Shown here: positions 38,421-64,000 of the stretch, in pieces
How positions within the stretch are numbered: the stretch's first letter is position 1
Layout: the number at the start of each line of letters is the position of its first letter
From: Hydrolagus colliei
Lineage: Eukaryota
Direction of reading: 5' to 3'
DNA: 64,000 bases
Assembly: GCA_035084275.1 (NCBI GenBank)
Contig: CM068759.1
Location: 1,736,001 to 1,800,000, forward strand
Program-made: the position numbers and the translations under genes
Notes under the pieces: model-generated
Databases searched by the model: none
What the model was told of the DNA's origin: nothing
What the model saw: only the letters and a program-made list of their open reading frames with translations

Positions 38421-41400
38421 GCAAGACAGAACTGTTCATGTTTAGAAGTATAGTTGGCATAGTTACGGGCATTCTAGCCCCTGTGGTTAAACGCAGTGTG
38501 TCCAAGCCTTACGTTGTGATTCGAGAATATATTTCTCGGCTGATGCAGTCTTGGGGAACTATTGCATTGTTTGGAAGTGCTGTGTGTGTTTTTTGTTTAA
38601 TCAGAGAGTAAATCAAGTTTGCTAGCGTTATTGGGAGGCACTGACCTTCAAATGTGAAAGCTTGCAATGTGCAAAATGGCTTCCGGTGTTTGCCGAGCGA
38701 AACGATCACTACGCGTGCAGTAGAACTGTCTCACTGTCAGGCATTTTGGCATGATACGACGCTACAAAGAAACCTTCCTGCTGCAAACCGGGAGGCCAGT
38801 CCTTTTTAAGAATGAATTAGAATAAATAGTCAGCAATCCTTCAATATTATACAACTTTGCTAAATGCCTCCAGTGCCTTGGGACGTCCTCCCGACGTGAA
38901 AGGCTCTCTATAAATGTAATTTTGTTGTTGTTGTTGTAATAACCAATTAGCTAATCTACACTGCAATCTGCTGCTTGCTTTACCACCGCATGTAGCACAG
39001 TTCGTCAAACGTAGCTATGGTTCCCTCATGCAGTGGAGCAGGTTAATAAAGGGACGAAATCGATTTGCATGCTTAATGAATAAAATGAACACTGAAAAGC
39101 AGCTTTGCTACAGTCCATTTGCCTACAGGCTATTGTGTTAAGTAAGGCTAACTGAGCAGCGACATCTCAATACCATAAACGGGCATTGATTTTGAAGGCA
39201 AAGCATTACTGAAACATTAAGGAAAAAGAAACAAACGATATTCCCAATACATAGTGAAAATCTGCTGATCTCGTCTGCTCCAGATTGCATGCGTATATGC
39301 GTATCCTCATTTTGTTTCTTTTGTTTGTTTGATCGCTGTTAGATCGAGCCTTCGGAAAATCTTAATAGGAAACAACGTCTATTTCTGGGGTTCTGGGTTG
39401 GTTTTTTAAGATACAATTTTCCATGAAGGTCAATGAGTCTCGCTAAGGTATAATCTTGTGAATGGGTCGCCTTACACCAGAGCTTAAAAGTGTCATAAAA
39501 CTATGCAAGAGAGCAAGATAGAAATTCTACGTGTTCAGTTTACTCTTGTTTTATCAAAGCTTCCTGTCGACCAAGCCTCTGCATTAATTCAATGCCATTT
39601 TCCACCCTTCCAAAAACAATTTCCAGTCGATTTTATTTTTAATATACCCACAATTGCTATAATTTTAGGTACAAACCAACATTGCTTTCCTCCTCCTTTG
39701 CGCTCCAACCTGATAGATGGCCTACGAACAACAGGATATTATAACGAAACGGGGGAATCACATTGTTTATAATAGAGTGGTTAAATTATGGTCTTGTGAT
39801 GGGGCACACAGCTATCGTTTTTGCTGCTAAAAATGCAATTAAACTGAAATTTCCATGTTGCAGCGACTTCAAACTGCTTGGAAGTGCATTTGATGCCTTT
39901 TAAGGCATTTCTGCGAAACACCAATGTCTTCAGACAGTGAGGGTGTGTATTATCTGATGTCGTTTGTCGATGGTTTTACAAGAAAACATTTATGTTCTAT
40001 AGATACGTCGTATCATGACCATGCTTTCATTAAAATGATTTCTCTCAAAACTCTGTCCAGTTTTCAAAAAACATCAGCAAAGGGCCTTACTGCTACTGTA
40101 GGTATTAAATCAGCTTCTGCGTGATTTTTTAAACCATTTTAATACAGTAAAATCTGTTGTGTGATAATATGGATCAGTGATGTGTACTGCATGAAAGTGA
40201 CCTTGAATGGTTTTAACAGATTTCTGATGTAGTAATCTGTGCATTTGATATAGTGCCTCGTCAATTCCTGACGTGAAAGGCGCTATACAAGTGTAATTTT
40301 GTTGTTGCTGTTGTTGCCTCATCAACTCAGCCAAAATGTCCCAAAGCGCTTCACAGAATTTTACTGTAAAGTACAAACTCGGTGTGTTTGTAGATGTATC
40401 TGTGATTCAATTCAACTTTTGCTGAAACGAGTCTCAAAATGTAAGTATTTTTAAGGGATTTTTTTTCTTCCAAATATTGTTAAAAGTTCTGGTTACTCAG
40501 CAACATTTAGTGCTTCTTGCTCCACAATTAAATACAAATGGAGTTCTGTCCCCAGAGTCCAGACAGTAGACTTTGGAGCAGGAAAAACTGTATAAATCAG
40601 TTTAATCTCCTAATTGCTTTTCTGTCCAAAGCAATGACTACTGATTTTTAGTAGTGTAAACGAGCCAGCAAAAGGCAAGATAGCTCAAAATACAGATAAA
40701 TATCCAGTAATGAGGATGCACGATTTGATGGAAAAAACAATACATTAACCATATTAAACCCTCTGAATATAAACATGTTTAACAGATTTATTAAGAAACA
40801 CACATTCCTCAAGTTTACAAACAATAGGAGTAGGATACAAAGTGCACAAAAGTGTGAAATAACAGGAAATAATAGTAAGTAATAAAGCTTGACTATAAGC
40901 AGCAATTTTTTTTTAGATGCTATTGGGAGAAAAAATAACTACTCATCACCAAGTTACCATCTCAAACCTGTCCTTTTAGTTAGTGATTAACTCAATCAAT
41001 ATTAACTTTACATTTATAAAAGGCAAAACTTTTTCTGTAACGTGTTACAGTATATGGGCCTCTGCCTATATAAATGTCAGTAAACATCTTCATGAGTTCT
41101 CAAGGCATCCACTGCACTAGTTGGCATTTCATTACTTGCATTTAATATTTTGCTTGTCATATAGTATTGTGTTCAAATTCAATTTTTTAAAAATCATATG
41201 ACCAATCCAGTCAAAAAAATAAAATCTAATACAAGTGCTATGCTGAAATGTCTCTTCACTTCACTTCCTTATCTGACGTTTGTTTAAAGTAATTAGATAT
41301 ACTGCAAATCGCTTATACCAATGAAAAGTTCTCATATGCATGTAAAATTCTCTAGCTCCATCAAATAATTTAAACTTAAGTACACTTAGAACAGATACCT

Positions 41401-43769
41401 CTGAATTCTCTCAGTGGAATTTTCTTCTATTTTAGCCTGGGGGAACAGGGAGAATTTATTATCACAATAATAATCCTTGTGTTTTATAGACTCTTATCAT
41501 GTCGTTAAGACACCTCAAAGCGTTTCAGATTTTTATCGTTAAATGTAAGGACTGTATTTCGTAGGTGATTACTGCTAACTTCTCTTGATTAAAATTATTC
41601 AACTCAGCAACTTAGGGATGAAATCTATTTGGGCTCTGTGTCCATTTTGTTTCACGTGTAAACTCTCAGCCAATGAATGAGATTAACTCCCATCAATTTC
41701 ATAAATCTTTGTGGAGTATGTGGATTTATTTCAACTTGTTACTTTGTATTCAGGATCAATGTAATGTTGTTTTATATTTCTCTAACTGTATTGAGTAATA
41801 TCGAGCAACGATCCTTAATAAATTGTATGAAAACTGCATTTTGGAAATAAATGTGTTCGGTCACCATGTGGGATAAAATAGATGTGAGCAGTACCTCTGT
41901 AAGCAGAAACTACTACTTACTGACCATTAAACTGATCTTTCGTGATATCCGCTTTGGATGTACCTCAGTAATCAGTGTAACTCATTCAGGCCATTTTATT
42001 CCAATTGAAACTGAGAGGGGCAAAAATAACTATTACAAGGACAAAATGGCCCAGTCTCCAAGTGTCCTTAATAGTGAGTTTCCCATGTACAGAGAGTAAT
42101 GAATGGCTGGGGGGGAATGACAAAAAACTAACTATTGAACAGTTGGTATAGTACACTGTGAGAGCAATGCTCAGCACTCTGATAACTGCTGTCTAGATCG
42201 TGAGGTAATACTGCCTTGAAATCACTCATTTTGGACTATACATCAGGTAATTTAGCAGGTACAATTTAATCCCTTTTTGTGCTTTTGTTCGACGGTGGAG
42301 GTGTGATAGACGGCCATGTGATGGTGATCGACTGTGACAGATTTACTGCGAATTTAGCGAGTGTCGATCTGGAATGGATCACCAGGAAATTACACCTCGT
42401 GTATGTCAAAAAAGAAAAGGATGTACGCCAGACATATTGTCATACCTTTACACTGTATAACAGCTACAACTGAAAAGGTAAGATGATTTTTGATGTACGT
42501 TAATTCAACTCATTTTTGGACGCCAGGGCTGCATGAATGCAATGTGTACGCGAGAACAGAATGAAAATGTTTCAAAACACAACACTGGTTTGAAAAGTTA
42601 AAATATTTTAATGCGCCTCGTCTCAACTTTAGTCATGCTCCAAACGCAACAGTTGGGAAACAGAACAATATGTTCAGCTGCTACGGTCTTAAAGAACTCT
42701 TAGCAATGAGGTTCTAAGCTTACTGAGTGAGTGAGTGAGGAAGGTATGTACAGTACAAACAGAAATACAGATCTGCATTGCATCAATCCCAGTTTAATTC
42801 TCGCAGCAAACATTAACAGTTAATGAACACTAACAATTCTTTCCAGTGGTTATGTCTTCATCAATTTGATGGGGTTTTAAATTTATTATTTTTTTTTAAA
42901 ACCTGGCTTATTGCAGACAGGCTGCAACCAACCAACAATTTTTTTTCCCTCACGAACCTTTGTCTCCATGGTAACAGTGCCTACAAAGGGACCAAGCATT
43001 ATTTATACCAAAACAGCCAACACAACCGTCAGCTTCCTGACAAGGGGAGCAACACGCAAACAATGTGCAAGTTTTTCTATCATCTTTGGGTTTCTCAATA
43101 AGAAGCTGGTGTTACATCAATCACACAGTCAACCCTGCACAACTGATGCATGCCATCATACTTTCACAATTTGTCAAATCAGCTGCTTATTTGGATGGAA
43201 ATCTGTCTGTGAAGATAGAAATGACAGGCCCATGCCTCTTTAACAAGCATAGAGTTTTTTGAAATAAAATGAACAAATTTGCTTGTCAGATTAATATAGA
43301 ACAATTGAATGTAATGTATCGCAAGACGTTTTTCACATTGTTTGAAGGACCAGATACAAAATATACTCTCAGTGAACAGTGCAATCAGATGACTGGTGCA
43401 ATCTCAGGATTTAAAATATATCTCCACACACACACACACTTAAATATTATCAATGGCATTCATGAAACATTCCATAAATTATCATTTTATATAAAGTATC
43501 AAACATAAAAGTACTGATCAAGTCTTCTGTTCCTGAATGTAAACTGCAACCTTTGCAGTACTGTACTACAGTTTATGCAGGAACATTTATTTATTTGGAC
43601 TGCCATTATAATGAAATATATTTTATGTTAATTTTGTGTGGTCGACACCTTTTTCTAATTGTTTGCAAATTAAAGTGAGCTTTTTTTTAATTCCTCAGTA
43701 ACTTGCCAATGAAAGCAACAACTTGCATTTATAAAGCCCACCGCATGCAGGATAGCGTTAATTTAAAAT

Positions 43770-44104
43770 GTCTCCCCCTCCCACCCTGTATAGCTCTCCA
43801 GCACTCTGTCCTGCTTTTTTCCTTCTCCCACTTGCCCCATCCCCTCGGTGGGCTCAGGAATCCTGTATGTCGCTTGTCCTCTCTCTATCTTTGGTGGCTA
43901 TGCTTTTAGCCACTACACCCTTGAAACTCTCTCCCTCAATCCCTCCGCCTTGCCACCTCCTTCCCCATTTTCAGGTCAGGTCGAAAGACTTTCCTCTTCG
44001 ACCGTGCTTCCAGTCACCTTCTCCCCCTGGCTCAGCGTCAAGCTCCGCCACTGTTAAACCCTCCCAGATGTGACCAGGGTGCTGCATGAATACAAGTTGT
44101 TGTT
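43770..44104 (+). mobile_element. L2-type LINE 3' fragment
   Basis: Pyrimidine-rich, GGCTATGCTTTTAGCC...TCGAAAGACTTTCCTCTTCGACCGTGCTT...AATACAAG(TTG)n. Confidence 0.7.
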
Positions 44105-45801
44105 AATCCTTACAGTGCAGAGAATTACTAGGATACTGTTGTCCAGCAAAACGTAATACAGTACTTCCTAATTCAGAAACACTAATGGGGTGTGTGTGTG
44201 GTGTTTTTAATTGAAAAAAAACAATCTAGATATTTAATAATTGATCAATAGCATTAAATATAGTTCGGTACATTCTGTACACATGCAGTAGTTTAAATGT
44301 AACTTGGAATTCTGTGATGCATTTTTTACTGCAAAATAAGTCAAATAAGGAAATGTCGCTACACTGCAAACTCGCAGGTTGAAGCTTTTCTAGAAAAAAT
44401 AACCGCACAATAAATTGAGGTAGTTCAAAATATTTTTGAATAAATAAAATGATTGATCCAGAGAAGAAACTTTACAAGAGCTAACATATCGATACTGCCA
44501 GATTAGAACAAACCAATTGGCAAGAATTTAGTTGTGTTGCTTTCCTTTCAATGTCGCCAAAAAAAACATTGCAGTAATTTGTGAACACTGTGAATCAGGA
44601 ATTGTGCTTTTGAGATGGTGACACGCAGAATATTCAAATCAGAATGAAAGTCACACCCAAATACTGCACCTTAAATAATGCACCTTACAAACATCTGAAA
44701 CACAATAAATTGATTTTTTTTGACATAAGAACAAATCATCTCCTTTCAAGGGAAACAAATCAGCCTGTATAACATGCATGATTTCCCATAGCACATTTTT
44801 ACAACACAGCACAATTATATCTGCTATAAAGCTCCTTCTCAATAATTCTGAACACAAAGATTTATACAGTATTTAAAAATAGACCAAAATATCATATCTT
44901 AACAATAGGATTATCCAGGGGATTTATTTTAGAGTCTACTGATTATATGGTATCAACAAGGTAAATAAAATCAATGATATAATTTCCATTTTATGATTAC
45001 AGTACTGGTAATGTTTCTATAGCAAATAAATGTGCAGCTATAAATGGGATTTAAGTAGGAAAAATAGTGGCACACTGATACTGTGTTAATATTCAGCTTG
45101 TTGTGAAACCCTTTGGTAATAATGTGGCCTAAGCTAAAGCTCTGACGTCCTCTGGAACAGTGGCGGCCTGAAGGATATTTGCCTCAAACACCATTGATTA
45201 GCAATGTACCTATTCTGATTGATTTTTTCTCATGAAAATGCTACATTAAATGAGGGTGAGTTAATTTTGAGTGGAGTGCCCGCTGACGAGCTTGATATTT
45301 ACGATACTGTTAATATCAACAAGCTAAAGGGCCTTAAGAGCACTAAGATCACTGAAGACTAATACACTATCACATCACAAAAGTGACAATGACACCCCAT
45401 TCCTAATGGATGTTGGTGATTATAACAGTAAAAGAGAAGTAAGGTGATTCAGAGTGCTTAAATACTCGTTTACATGATTTTATATTCTGCTCATTAAAAA
45501 TCCTTCAGATTGTCAAAAACAAATGAAAAAATATGTAATGTTTCAATATGATATTTTCAAGTTTTCTTTTTTGCTGCAGGTCAATTTTGTTACTTATTCT
45601 GCGCTGCTATATTGTAATAAACTATTATTTTTGTCCCAGGGCCACCCTTAACTACACAGTAGTAAGTACAACAGCCACCAAACTCTCAGACATTTGATGG
45701 GAAGTGAGCCAGCTATTACTCTAAACAAAGATGTGATCTATGATGGTCCCTGGTTGGTTGGGACTGCCCGAATCACTGCCGTGCTGAAACACCAGTGTAA
45801 A

Positions 45802-63432
<17,631 letters not shown>

Positions 63433-64000
63433 CTGTGTATAAAAAGGCAAGAGAGAATATAAAAGTAATAAGTTTAGTAACCACTAATAGTAATTGTTTA
63501 GGAATCACCACATTACTAATGGCTTTACTGTGGGTTAAAATATTCTCTGAACTTCTCGCACTCCATGTGTGACGTTTGCGCCATTAGATAATACAATGGT
63601 AATCTTAGTGATTAATGTTCGATTTATTTTATTGAGGGGCTGTGAGCCTTTAATCAGTAAGGCATATTTTTCCATTACATTCAACTCTTAGCCTTACTTA
63701 ACTGTTACCACTTACATAACTGAACCCTAACCCTAAGTTATAAGTGGAAGCAATGTTGTTAGAAAGACAACAGAAAGAACAAAAAAGTTGCTGACCAGAA
63801 GGTGAATAACATCCTCAACAAAGCAGATTTAAAAATCCATTAAAAAACTGTAATCAAATAACATTAATCTGTTTATGTTTAAAAACATGATTATGGTTTA
63901 CTTACATTAAAAAAAACTAGACATCACAGACATTAGCACCCACAAATGGATTCTACTAAAACCACTTAAAATACCATCATCTGCTCTATGGAAATTCGGG

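Noticed and set aside
42279-42473. Protein-like 64-aa ORF (DGHVMVIDCDRFTANLASVDLEW)
   Set aside because: Bounded by stops, no family recognised, no compatible neighbouring coding exons; kept only as part of the weak lncRNA hypothesis

Overview
Vertebrate genomic DNA: AT-rich, spliced genes, dense tRNA-derived SINEs and L2-type LINE fragments. The repeat content suggests a cartilaginous fish such as a chimaera or shark (inference). Four protein-coding genes can be built exon by exon with GT-AG boundaries and consistent phases. (1) DNAJC5/cysteine string protein alpha (+, 4 coding exons, 198 aa). (2) A muscle RING-finger TRIM55 paralogue of MuRF4/TRIM101 type (+, 10 coding exons, ~802 aa, greatly expanded acidic tail). 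(3) A CRH-family prohormone with a CRH2-type 41-aa amidated peptide (-, 155 aa). (4) The 3' part of UCKL1 (-; its 5' exons lie beyond the window). This is the DNAJC5-MuRF-CRH paralogon copy whose two middle genes are absent in placental mammals. Features the ORF track misses: a hydrophobic alternative MuRF exon ending in an in-frame TGA (candidate tail-anchored E3 ligase isoform), an RE1/NRSE plus CRE upstream of CRH2, two mutually exclusive UCKL1 microexons (17 and 20 nt) with a candidate poison exon between them, a CArG/E-box/MEF2 promoter cluster, a (GGGT)n tract in a short intron, and nested or inverted SINE pairs. Comparisons with human or chicken sequences are from memory and should be checked by alignment.
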